A stretch of 64,000 bases of DNA from Geosiphon pyriformis uo1 (taxonomy: Eukaryota; Fungi; Glomeromycota). This document shows, in pieces, positions 50,645-62,403 of this stretch (within the stretch, counting starts at the first letter, position 1; each line of letters opens with the position of its first letter). The notes under the pieces are model-generated. The model saw nothing but the letters and a program-made list of their open reading frames with translations, was not told where the DNA came from and made no database searches. Both the position numbers and the translations under genes were made by a program. The stretch lies in NCBI GenBank assembly GCA_016748015.1, contig JAAOMT010000706.1, forward strand, positions 572,038 to 636,037. Direction: 5' to 3'.

Positions 50645-51313
50645 ATGGTAGACGTGACAAAAAACTTCAGAAAGATGGAAATCACTGACAATATCTACTT
50701 ACTAGCACAACAACTCTTCCAACTGATTCAACAACAAAATATAGAAATTACTATCAATTAACAAACCATTTAATACTGAGATACCAGAAAAATACCCAAA
50801 TACAAAAGTTAAAGAAAAACAGAAAACACTATTAACAAAATGGTTTTGAAAATAAAATTAGCAATAAAAGAACCAACAAGTATCACCACATATTAAGAGT
50901 TGACCAGAAAAACGTGAAAATGGTGAATACATGAATTTTCAAGAAATTTTTATTATTTCTACTTGGGACAACACTTGAATATTCAGAACTTATACATAAA
51001 TAAAACAAAACGATTATTTGACACAACAATACTGCAACAACTGGAACAATTTGTGAGAAAGAACAATCTAACAACACATGCAAGAGCTATCTATTGATTA
51101 TATACCAAATTCCAAAACAAACCAGAAATTTTACTTAAACTAGAAATGGACTCCATTACAGTTAACCAAATAGAAAAAATAACCAACACCCAATTTAAAG
51201 AATTACAGAACAAAATAACACAAATAATTCTTGAAAAAGAAGTTCAAGAAATACTCAAAGATAGAGAATTAGAGTTAGGAGATTTAAGAGATTTCAACAG
51301 AGCTCAATATTAA
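50645..51313 (+). pseudogene. family A 3' additional ORF (223 codons, unknown function)
   Basis: ATG 50645 to TAA 51311-51313 in frame, stop abuts PPT; homologous to 4443-5095. Confidence 0.75.
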
Positions 51314-51327
51314 AAAGAAGAGAATAA

Positions 51328-52177
51328 TGTTACTCATAGAATATAGGAAGTATATATTAGCATAAATTAGCCAATCAGAAGTAGCCATAGTAAATGTGGA
51401 ATTCCAGAATTTCTCTCAAAAGGAATCGTAGAATTCCAAGAATTTCAGGATTCTCATACAAGAAATCACAGGATTTCAGAATTCCAGGATTTTTCTCAAG
51501 AAGAATTGCAAGATTCCAGAAATTTCAGAATTTTTGATATGAAAAATTAAGGAATTGAGGAATCTCAATTATATATATATAGCAGAGGGGTAGGAAAGAA
51601 TCAAAAAGTTAGAAATCTTTTATTCACAAATATTAATAAATAATTATTTACCATCTCAATTCATTCTCCACTAGTAATACTTTATGTTAATAATAATTGA
51701 TACTTGACCACACTGGAACAATAGCTTTTGATCATGGCTATTGACAAAATACTAACTTGCAATTGCTTTTGTTTATTTCTTTTCTTTTATTTTCTTTTAC
51801 TTTTCTTGTATTTTCTTTTGTATTTCTTTGTGATTGACTAATTGATTAAGGATTAAAGCACTGAGTTATTGACGTCATGGATAGCCTGGTAAAAGACCCA
51901 GAAATAAGGGTAGAATTATATACATATTAACAGATAGCTTACCAGAAGGGCACGACTGCCAGATTAAACTGGCTATTATGCTGAAGACAGAAATTGGGAA
52001 AACAACTTAAAAAAACAACCTAAAACAACCATAGTAAATCTCTGTCTATTATGCAAAGAACTCTGCAACAAACCTTCAGATTCACCAAACCTTCAGATAT
52101 CAACACCAATATACTAAATTAGCACCAAGTTATGAGTTTGTTATTTGATTTGAGACCCCAAATAAACATCTGTAACA
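51328..52177 (+). repeat. 3' LTR family A (850 bp)
   Basis: Preceded by PPT AAAAAGAAGAGAA; more GAATTCCAGG units than the 5' LTR. Confidence 0.95.
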
Positions 52178-52270
52178 GCATGTATTCAGACATGGATAAT
52201 AAGTCTAGTTGTAGTGAAGACAATATTATCATGAAAAGTGCTAACAGTGAGTCTCATTTAGGCTTAACAG

Positions 52271-53666
52271 TGTTATCAGTGGTTTTTGTCAATATTAGAA
52301 AACATTTTTTAGCTCAACTGGTAACACACATTACCATGATTATGTTACTAACTATAGCATATTATGGGTGTATAAACTATTTCAGTAAGTAGGAGAGCAG
52401 AAAGAGATATGTGATAATGTCATTAAAAGTAAAAAAAAGTATTGTCATTATTATTTGGTTTTGGGCAAAAACCAGTCTTAAGTATTTAAAAAAGGGGAAA
52501 AAGAAGTTACATCTCTTTATATGTATCAAAAGCACAATCAGCAACCAAGAAAAACCAAAACTACTTAAGAAAATTGTAACTAGAATTCTTTCAATTAGTC
52601 ATCAAAAAGGTGTGGTGTTTAAATGCTCACTTTGAAAATGAAGTTATAGGAATTATAAAAGAATAAAACATAACTGAAATAGATTTAACTTTTTATTGTT
52701 AAGACTACTTTCTAACAATATGATACTTTATTACTTATTTAATACTTTAACAACTTGTTTGGTAAAACAAGACTTAATGTAAAATGATAATAACACATGA
52801 TTTTAAAAGATTGGAAGTAATAAAAAGCTTGATGAATTTGTTAACAAGTAAGTAAGAAGTTATAAATAATGTGATTCCAAATAGTAATAAGGAATATGAG
52901 AAGGCATACTTAAAATTGTGATAAAAAGTATTTAGAGCATAGGAAAAAGGAAAGAAAAGAGTGAGATATAAAGGAAAAGACTAACTGCTCACTATAAAAC
53001 TATAGTGAAGAGTTGGTTCAGTATTGAACTGATCTTTTCCTGAGCTGACAGAAGAGCTGTATATATAGCTAAATTACATCAGATCTACATACTATATTAA
53101 AACTATTTAAAATACATTAATTATTTATATACATTTAATTAATCAATTTATGATGGGCTTACTCAATCTGTTATTTATTCAAGAACTAGTAATTTAGATG
53201 ATTAGTTTTTAAATGGCTGGATCTAGAACATTAATTGTAAATCAATAATACCAATTGTGATTATGATCAATATAATCAGAAGTAAATTAATTGATTACAT
53301 TTCTTGGTAATTACTTTTAACCATTAATTACAGATCTGAAATGTTAGATTGTTCTAATAAAAGCATATGAGAATTTTGGAGTATAACAAAACCTGTTGTT
53401 ATCTGATTACATGTATTAATCATTTATTTTCATTGGTGTTTCTTAGTTTGCCAAGATTTCTTTGTATCCAACTTAGTTAAACTGTTGGATTGTGCCATAT
53501 TTTTTTGTTGTAATTGGATTGATTGCTAATCATTTATTTTCAGATTGCCGGCTGATTTGTTAATTAAGTGTGATGATATAGATCTTTTTTGCATAATTTT
53601 AATGTTAATTTCTATTGTATGTGTTGTAATTTTTGCATTAAAAAGTGTGAAAATCTTCTGATAACA
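52271..53666. mobile_element. solo LTR (1396 bp) inserted in LINE ORF1
   Basis: 9-bp terminal inverted repeat TGTTATCAG...CTGATAACA; degenerate TSD ACAG/GCAA; excision restores ORF1 frame (HLGL..TTSKAKK). Confidence 0.8.
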
Positions 53667-55711
53667 GCAACTACTACTTCCAAAGCAAAAAAAATGAATA
53701 CTGGTGTGATCTTTGGATTTCCTCTTGGCTCCCTCAATTATGATATGGAAGAAGAAGTGGAATTCTTTTTATTTCCCCTCAGTATATCTTTGGAAAAAAG
53801 ATGGATAGATCCTAAAATTGTGAAAACTCTTGTGGAAGTTTCTGTTAGGAAGTTATTTGCTTTGAATATTAATCTCTTAACAGTAGAAGACAAATCTGTT
53901 ACAGCAAAGACTTAGCTAGTTAGGAAATTATTTTCAACAATCAATGGTTTTGGGGAAGCCACTACCCCCTCAAAATTTGAAGGGATTATTCAATCTACTT
54001 TCACTTCTAAGAAAAGCATGAAAATGGTCATATCATTGGCCAGAGAAAATGGAATTGACATAAACAGCAATCTCAAGAGATAAGGAATTCATTTAGATCA
54101 GACTGTGGTCATCAAAGAAATTCCCATGAACACACCAAAAGAAATGATTGTTACTGTATTAGCTGAGTTTGGTGAAATTAAGTCAATCAAAATTTAACTT
54201 ATTGGATTGTGGCAAAAAGCTGTGGTGGAATTTGCTGAACTAGATCAGGCTGAACATTTGGCTGCTAAATAGTCTTTTTTGATTGGTAAAAATTCAGTGC
54301 ATATAGCTATAGCTGTAAGAGATTGTAAAACATGGGCATCAAGAGATCAATTCAGAGCTTTGTTGTTTACTTTGTCTGTGGAAATGACTGCTTATGATTT
54401 AGGCATTCTTTTGGATGGAGCTGGTGGGAAAACTTGTGTTATCAATAGATCAATAGATTCTGACAACTGAGTTTGCTGTGCTGTGATTGAGAAGAATTTA
54501 GAATCTGCATATCATATTGAGCCAATATTTGATGGTGTTAAGCTTTTTTGGACTAGAATAGATTTGGTTTATTGTGAAAAGTGTGGGTGCTTTAGTCATT
54601 CTACTTTAGAATATAATGCACCAACTGTATCTACTTCTATCCTGCTGTCTTTAATGGCAAGTCTTGAGTGCAAGTGGTTTTACTTGCTTCTTTTTTTGGT
54701 GGTTCTCATTTCACCTTTGGTTCTGGGTCTGGCTTTCCTTCTCCTGGTACATCAACTGATAAGAGTAACACACTAGTTGCTCAGGATAACTTCTCAATTA
54801 ACAATCATTTGGTTTTACTGAAATGTTCCTTGGAATTGCTGGCTGATCAAGTTTCAAGTATTTTGTGCAGATTAAATGGTGTTGAGCTGGTGCCTTTGGT
54901 GTCTGTGTTTTAAGTTGTGCCTCCAGTTGTGCCTGCTTCTGCATTGTCAACTTCAGATACTAATATAGTTTTAGATGTCCCACAGTCACCTCTTCCTTCT
55001 TCTTCTTCAGTTGCAGAAGAAAAAGTAGTGGATTTAAGTCTAAGCAGTTCAAAGGTTTTTACTTCTAAAGTCAGCAGTTTAGAATCTAAGATGGTGGCCT
55101 TGAAGTTTCTATCAACTCAATTTTGGGAAGTTGGATCTGTTGTGCATGAATTCAAGTTTTTTGGTGCATCTTTTGTATCAATGAGTGAGCTTATTTGAAA
55201 AGTAGCTATGTGTAATGTCAAAGGTATGTCAAATTTAACTAAGCAAGAGAACATTGTTTGTTGACATAAGAATTCAGGTAACATGATTTCTATCATTATT
55301 GAGACAAAATTAAGGTCTGACATTAGGTCTTGGATCATGAATAAATTTAATAGACTTCGGGTTTTTACTTCTGGTTTGGATGTTGGGTTTTGTGGTGCTG
55401 GAGTTGTCATAATTATGAACAATTCTTTGGTTCAACATGTTTCAAAAATGGATAAGATTTCTGGTTGTTTGATTTCTGTACATCTTCTGTTTAAGAACAA
55501 GCTTTCAGTTATGATCTTGGATCTGTATGCTGGTGCATCCATTGGCACATAATTTAGTCAAGCTGCTAATATCAATTCTATGGTTTCCAAGACAGTCAAT
55601 TCCAGCTCTTTTGTGGTTTTGGGTGGTAACTTTAATGAAAATAGGTCTGGCAAAAGTGCAAGTTTCAAGTTCTGTTTGGGTTTGGACCTGGTTAATACTT
55701 TTGATGGACAC

Positions 55712-56710
55712 TGTTACCAGACAAAATTAGAGATATTATTTAGCATGAAACTATCTTATAATTCCTATTATTAATTAGCATATATTATCATTTCAAATTA
55801 TCACTTATTACATTAGTAAAAATGTCTGAAATTATCATTTAATTAATAACCCAAATTGTACACAACACAAATGTAACCTAATTGCGATGATCAATCATGC
55901 AATACCCCGAACTATGTAATATTCAAAAGTTCACCGAAATTTATAGAAATTCGCCAAAATAATTGATAGTTCACCAAAATATTTAATAGTTTGCAGAAAT
56001 AACTTGTAGTTCGCCGAAATGTATCTTTAGTTTAGTGAAATTGTAGAAAATAGCAAAGTTCAAGTTCATAGAATAGTGTTACGACAAGTTGTATAAAAGA
56101 AGAGCTTCTTTCTTCGAGAAAATGTATTTTACTTTAGATTTATTACTTAGAATCATTCCTACACACACAAAAAAAAATAAATATCAAATAATTCAAAAAA
56201 CCAAATTCTTTAATTATTGCACTTGGAAAATCCTCAAAACCCAACTAAAGTTTTGAAATTGATTAGCTACCAATTTCAATAATCTGTTAGTGACTCCAGG
56301 CCTGGATTGAAAACNNNNNNNNNNNNNNNNNNNNNNNNNNNNNNNNNNNNNNNNNNNNNNNNNNNNNNNNNNNNNNNNNNNNNNNNNNNNNNNNNNNNNN
56401 NNNNNNNNNNNNNNNNNNNNNNNNNNNNNNNNNNNNNNNNNTGACTTTCACAGCAAAGTAACTATACATTTTAGTGAGCTTCCAGACGAGCAATTCCTGG
56501 GAAAGAGTTGATGTTTACTACAACGTAACTACATAAAATAACTGGCACGGAATTGGCCATTCTACTTATAAGCCCAGCAATTCAAATTATAGGAGATAAT
56601 TTGAAAATAAATTCAGTTATTGGAGGTTCAACCACATCCAGAAAACGTGAATTCACAGCAAACAAGCATTGACAACATTTAAGAAAAGAGACCAAAAACC
56701 TCTGGTAACA
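55712..56710 (+). repeat. 5' LTR family D
   Basis: 10-bp perfect terminal inverted repeat TGTTACCAGA/TCTGGTAACA; ~20-bp AGTTCRCCGAAAT repeats 55927-56042; TATAAAA ~56092; contains N gap. Confidence 0.9.
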
Positions 56711-56712
56711 TT

Positions 56713-56730
56713 TGGTGCTCTCCCACGGAA
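56713..56730 (+). promoter_or_regulatory. primer binding site of family D
   Basis: TGGTGCTCTCCCACGGAA 2 nt after the LTR; TGG is complementary to tRNA CCA; tRNA species not determined. Confidence 0.7.
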
Positions 56731-56755
56731 ATAACACAGCAACAACAAATTCAAA

Positions 56756-59700
56756 GTGGCAACTGTCTCAGACATCACAACCTTAGAGTACTATCAATTG
56801 ATTTACACACACTGCAAACAACGATTTGAAATACGCAATGGAATCATAGCTTTCAAGAAAACACTTTTTCAATACATTGAAAATCGAATCAACAACTATC
56901 TCTTTGGAAACTATAACGTTACAACAGTTAAAAGAAATCTTCTTGAGAACATACTACACTATTCCAACACTGAATCAGAAAACATTAGTGCTGAAGCTTG
57001 TGCTACTTATTTTGAAGAACTTGATTATAATATCATTTGATTTTGTAAAGAAAAATATTCTGCAAATGCACAATTTGTCCTTGAACTCGAATCTGAACCT
57101 GAAACCAGTAGTAACAAAAGACAAAAAAATATCCGACCTGTTCACACAACACTCAATACTCCCAAAATACTATTTAAACATTTACAAACACCTGAACAAG
57201 GAACCAGTTCAAAACTTCCACTTACTATCACATCTTTTCTAGCTTCACTTGCACAAGCACAAACACTTAATTTACTCTTGAATTGATTTACAAAACCAGA
57301 AGATTTTACATCACTCAGAAGTTCCACCAGACAACAAGAACCCCTTCAAACTAGTTCCAATCTCCTTGACTTTCTAGCTGAAAATCAAAGTGAACACTCT
57401 GAGACAGCAGCAAACGAAAAAAACGAACTTGAAATATCTGAAGAAGAACCAATAGACAGTGAAAACGAAAAAGACGAAATGACAACATACATCGTAAAAA
57501 TCCCTGAATTTAATGGAAAAGATATTAAGATGAGTCCCCAAGAATGGCTCGACCAAGTTACTAAAGCTGGAGATGCAAATGGATAGAATGCTGCCAGAAT
57601 GTTAAGAACAATTCCTTACTTTCTCAAAGAAACAGCAGGAGAATGGTTTGAAAACCTGGCCATCCCATTCAATGATTGGAATGCTTTCAAAGCAGCCTTC
57701 CTTGAACAGTTCACTGACAATAACACCTCCATCACTCTTTGTAATTGTTTTCGAAATATCAAACAAGAACCCTCCGAATCTGTTATAACTTATATTGGGA
57801 AATTCAACAAACTTCTCAGATGAATTTGCCAACTCGAAACAAACAATTATTATTCCGATGCTCAACTTTTGGATCAATTTATCGCTGGCTTAAAAGATAA
57901 ACTAATTAAAAAGGTTTGCCCACATGCACCAGAAGATTTAAACTCTGCCATACAGTATGCGAAAAGATACAAAATGGCCATGGAAGAGGCCAATTGCACC
58001 AAACTTGTAAATTTGGCAATTGGAGAAACCAGCTCAGCAGCTGAAGAAAAAATTGACCAACTCACAAAGAAGGTTGAAAACTATTTCACTAACCAACAAC
58101 AACAGCAACCCAAAAGATATTAACTATTCCAAAGATGAAATCAAAACAACTTTGCACTACTTTCCAATAATCAACCTCAGAATTGCCATTACTGTGGAAT
58201 CTCTGGCCATTGGAAAAGAGATTGCAGAAAGCTGCAACGAAACCAACAAAATAGGAGTAATCAATGTTACCCTTCACCACAGCAATCTTATTATCAAATA
58301 CCACCACCAGCTTACTATTTACCAAGACCTTAATACCAAAATAACTATTATCAGCCCGTCCCACAGCCAATCCAACAGCAATACCAGCAACCACCTATAC
58401 AACATTATTAAATACTTGCTCGAAGACTAATTACACAAAATCAACTCACACCACAAAACTGATACCAAGTAAACAACAATAGAATCGGTTTGAACAACCA
58501 ATTAGTTCTCCGAAATTCCACTCAACCAAGACCCAACCACTACCACACTCAACCCAGTTATTTAACAATGCCAGAAGAACAGGAGTTTTACCATACTGCA
58601 CCTTCAGAAGATAGAGCTGCAGCACAACAACAAAACCCTTCTCATAATCACACCACTATTCCACCAGCCCGAATTGCTGAAAACGCCAATCTTTCTGATA
58701 TCTTTTCTTTCGAGTTCGAAGCCAATGAATCACCATTTCTACTTAGCAATGCAGCCGCCAATGAACAAAAAGCAATCACGGCTATGTACACTAAAGCAGA
58801 AATCGAAGAAAAGATAATTTGCTTGATCCTAGACAGTAGATCCACTGGAAGCATTATCACCTACCAGTTAATGCAACAGTTGAAAAGGAATGTCGACTGA
58901 CCAGCTCAAACAGTAATCGTCACTGCCAATAGCATGAAAAAGACCCCAGTAGGAGAAATTGACAATTTTTCATTCATTCTTGATGGAATCACTATTCCAG
59001 TCAAGGTTCTTGTAATGGACGCACCTCAGTACCAAGCTTTTGTCAGAAATGATTGGCTCCAAAAAGCCAATGCTAATCTGAATTGGGAAACACAAGAGTT
59101 AACAATTTCCTACCAAGGACAACATGTCCGGGTACCTGCCACTTGTGGTATATTCAACAAACGTTCTGAAAAAGCCCCAGCTTTTGAATTCAAACCGGAA
59201 GAGAAAAAACCCCTCATTGAAACATTCATGGCTCTTGAATCAACATCCAACTGGGCCAATGAAACAGAACAAGAACATTTTACCCTGCACCTTGAACCTG
59301 AAACCTCTGGATGGAATATATCTTACTCAAAACCCGAACCAAGAAAACAATGCCCCTATATTCCCTTTAAATATAAGGACTGCCACAAGAAACTATTGTC
59401 AATGGGAGCCTGCATTTCACCTAAAGAAGAATATGAAAATCATACTTGTTATTACTGCAAGGCTTGCCACAGAAAACAATGGGGCCATCTAATAAAAAGA
59501 AACAGAAAATAAGACAACACCCCTTGTTTAACTTGTGGAAATATACTACTAGAAGAATGTAATTGGATTGATGTAGTCATGAGAGGAGGAGTCTGTGATC
59601 AGACCTGCCAATATGCTTTATCAATTTCAGAAAAAGTAAAAAGAGAAACACCCTTTAATGCAGCATACAACAGTGCTCTCAACAAACTTTATTACTACCC

Positions 59701-62354
59701 CCATAATGCCGAAATGATTTTTGACTTAGCAATGGCATTAATTAATGGAGCTACCAAAGAAGATGTTCGCCAAATGAAGGAAACAGAATACATTGAATAC
59801 ATCATGGAATTAGCTAGATTCGATTACGAAGACGAAGTAGAAGTCTACTACCAAATTGCAAGTCACACCTACTCAATCCAAGAAGCTCAAATTCAATGAT
59901 TAGAGCAAATGTACATTAGACTATGTGAAGAATACATTATGCCTTGTAATGAACAGTGGTGTCCTGAATGCTACGCTCTTAGCATTCTCTTGCCCAGCAA
60001 AAATAATGAATACGAAATTGAATTCGGAGAACTTGAAGTGACAGAAGAAATTGAGACAACATCCATTTATCTCATCGAAAATCAGCCTGCTTTACAACTC
60101 AAATATTTCAACAACAATGAACAAAAAATAAAACCAGAAAAAGCCCATGAGATCGATGCTGGATATGATCTAAGATATCCAGGAAAAGATACTCTTACTC
60201 TTAAATCCAAATCTCTCACAAAACTCAACCTCAAAATTGCTCTCGAAATCCCACCAAGAGCAATAGTTCAAATTGCTTTTCAATTATCCTTGGCAAGCAA
60301 AGGAATCAATGTCAGAGAAGGAATAATTGATGCTGGATATACTGGAGACATTATAGTGATGCTTCAAAATGAAACTAACAAACCATTCAGGATTGAACAT
60401 ACTGAAAAAATTGCCCAAGCTATTTACCTACCTCTAATCAACATTTCGGGTTTGCAACTAGTCAATCAAAGAGAACAATTAGGAAAAAGCGATAGAGGAA
60501 CCCAAGGTTTTGGTTTAACTGGACGATTCACAGTTCCAGTTAATATAGCTCTTAACACACAGAACAAATCTCACCAGATTCTCAGACTTCCACAACTGAT
60601 TACTATCTCACCCTTTGGAGAACATCCGAAAATCTACACCTGCCCAAAGCCAACAACCACACAACAAATTTTTGAGTCCAATGAACAAGTCTGCTTGGAA
60701 CATAATATTTCAATCCCAAATATTTATATTCCAAAAAGAACAAAGAAAGTCTGAGTTACTTTTTACAACTCCAATAATTACTCCATAATTTTATTAAATA
60801 ATTTAGAAGTTGGAGTTATTTACTGTAATATATTTTAACAAGAATTACCCCAGACAGTCTCCAATTTCTCTGAAATTATTGGACATTCAATACCAAAAAT
60901 CAACCCAAACTCCAGCTCCAAAAACTACCATGTTGTCATGGAAAAACTATCTCGAATCAACATGGAACAACTTGAACCACAACAGCAGACCCAGCTCAAA
61001 AAGCTAATTGCAGAATTTGCTGATATCTTTGCTGAAAACAACAATAACTTAGGAAGAACCGATTTGGTCCAACACCAAATTTATACAGGAGATGTCAAAC
61101 CAAGAAGACAACAAGCATATCAAGTTGCTCCAGAAAGCCACCAATTCATCTGAGAAGAAGTACAACAAATGCTTAACAATGGGCTCATCTAACCCTCCAT
61201 GAGTCCTTGGGCTTCACTGGTAGTGCTAGTTAAAAAGAAAAATGGAAAGATCCGATTTTGTGTTGACTATCGACAACTCAATAGTGTTACAATTGGAGAC
61301 ATCTATCCCCTTCCCCAGATTGATAACATGTTAGATGCCCTTAGAAAATCCAAATACTTTTCAACACTAGATTTAGAAAGCAGTTACTGGCAAGTTGCTA
61401 TAGATCCCAAAGATCACCCCAAAACAGCATTTACCACCCAAGACAGAAATTACAAGTTCAATGTAATGCCTTTTAAATTATGCAATACACCAGCAACATT
61501 TCAGAGATTAATGGATGTTGTGTACCAAGGACTTCTTTGGAAGTCAGTAGTTGTTTATCTTGATGATACTGATGTTTATTCTCCATCATTTAAATTACAC
61601 TTAAAACATCTGTGAGAAGTTTTTCAACAATTATGAAAAGCAGGACTAAAACTCAATATCGAAAAATGCTACTTTGGAAAAACAAGCCTGACCTTCCTTA
61701 GTCATATCATTAGTAAAGATGGAATCAAACCAAACCCTGGAAAAATAAGCGTTGTCAAAAATTTCAAAATTTCTCGAAACACTACAGAACTAAGAGGATT
61801 CATAGAATTAGCATCCTACTATCAAAGGATTCTTGGAAATTGCAAAACTCCTCAACCAGCTCACCACCAAAAATGTCGAATACAAATGGACTACCAAACA
61901 CCAAAAAGCTTTTGAAATTCTCAAGAAAAAACTGACAACAGCTCCAATTCTCGCCTACCTGGATTTCAGCAACCAATTTCGACTAGCTACAGATGCTTCA
62001 TATACTGCCTTTGGTGCCATCTTATCACAACTAGATGACAACGGAAATGAGTGAGTAATTGCTTATGCTAGCAGAACATTAAAACCAGCTGAGAAAAACT
62101 ACTCTGCCACAGAACTAGAAACAGCAGCTGTAATCTGGGCCCTACACCACTTCAATCTTTATCTCAGGCCTAAAGAATTCGATATTATCACTGATAATAT
62201 TGGACTCAAATGGCTTCAGAACAAAAATACTCAGCTGAATGCAAAACAAACCTGATGGACAGAATTTCTAGCAAACTATCAATACATAGTACATCACAAA
62301 CCAGGAAAACTTTACACCAATGTTGACTGTCTCTCCAGAATGAAACAAGATTAG
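56756..62354 (+). pseudogene. family D gag-PR-Cys-rich-dUTPase-RT-RNaseH polyprotein
   Basis: All fragments 56756-61615 in one frame (no gag/pol shift); CHYCGISGHWKRDC, LILDSRSTGS, AGYDLRYP/IIDAGYTG/RGTQGFG, CVDYRQLN, YLDD, TDASY; small deletion ~61825; ends LSRMKQD-stop. Confidence 0.92.
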
Positions 62355-62403
62355 AAAACAAAAACCAACACTCAACTTAACCAACCAAAAGAGCCAACAA
62401 ACA

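Larger units (their letters stand above)
42122..52177 (+). mobile_element. full-length Ty3/Gypsy family A element (~10.06 kb), degenerate
   Basis: LTRs 42122-42918 and 51328-52177; PBS-like TAATGCTCCCTGTGAGG after the 5' LTR; PPT 51312-51324; 4-bp TSD ACAT/GCAT; PR-dUTPase-RT(YLDD)-RH-IN order. Confidence 0.95.
41831..55711 (+). mobile_element. LINE (5' UTR, ORF1, start of ORF2 endonuclease) split by three LTR insertions
   Basis: LINE segments 41831-42121, 52178-52270, 53667-55711; ORF1 from ATG 41947 reads across the excised inserts; ORF2 APE motifs 55181-55711. Confidence 0.88.

Noticed and set aside
55927-56042. Regularly spaced ~20-bp repeats as a CRISPR-like array
   Set aside because: Degenerate short units with 6-7 nt spacers inside an LTR of a eukaryotic element; no cas genes
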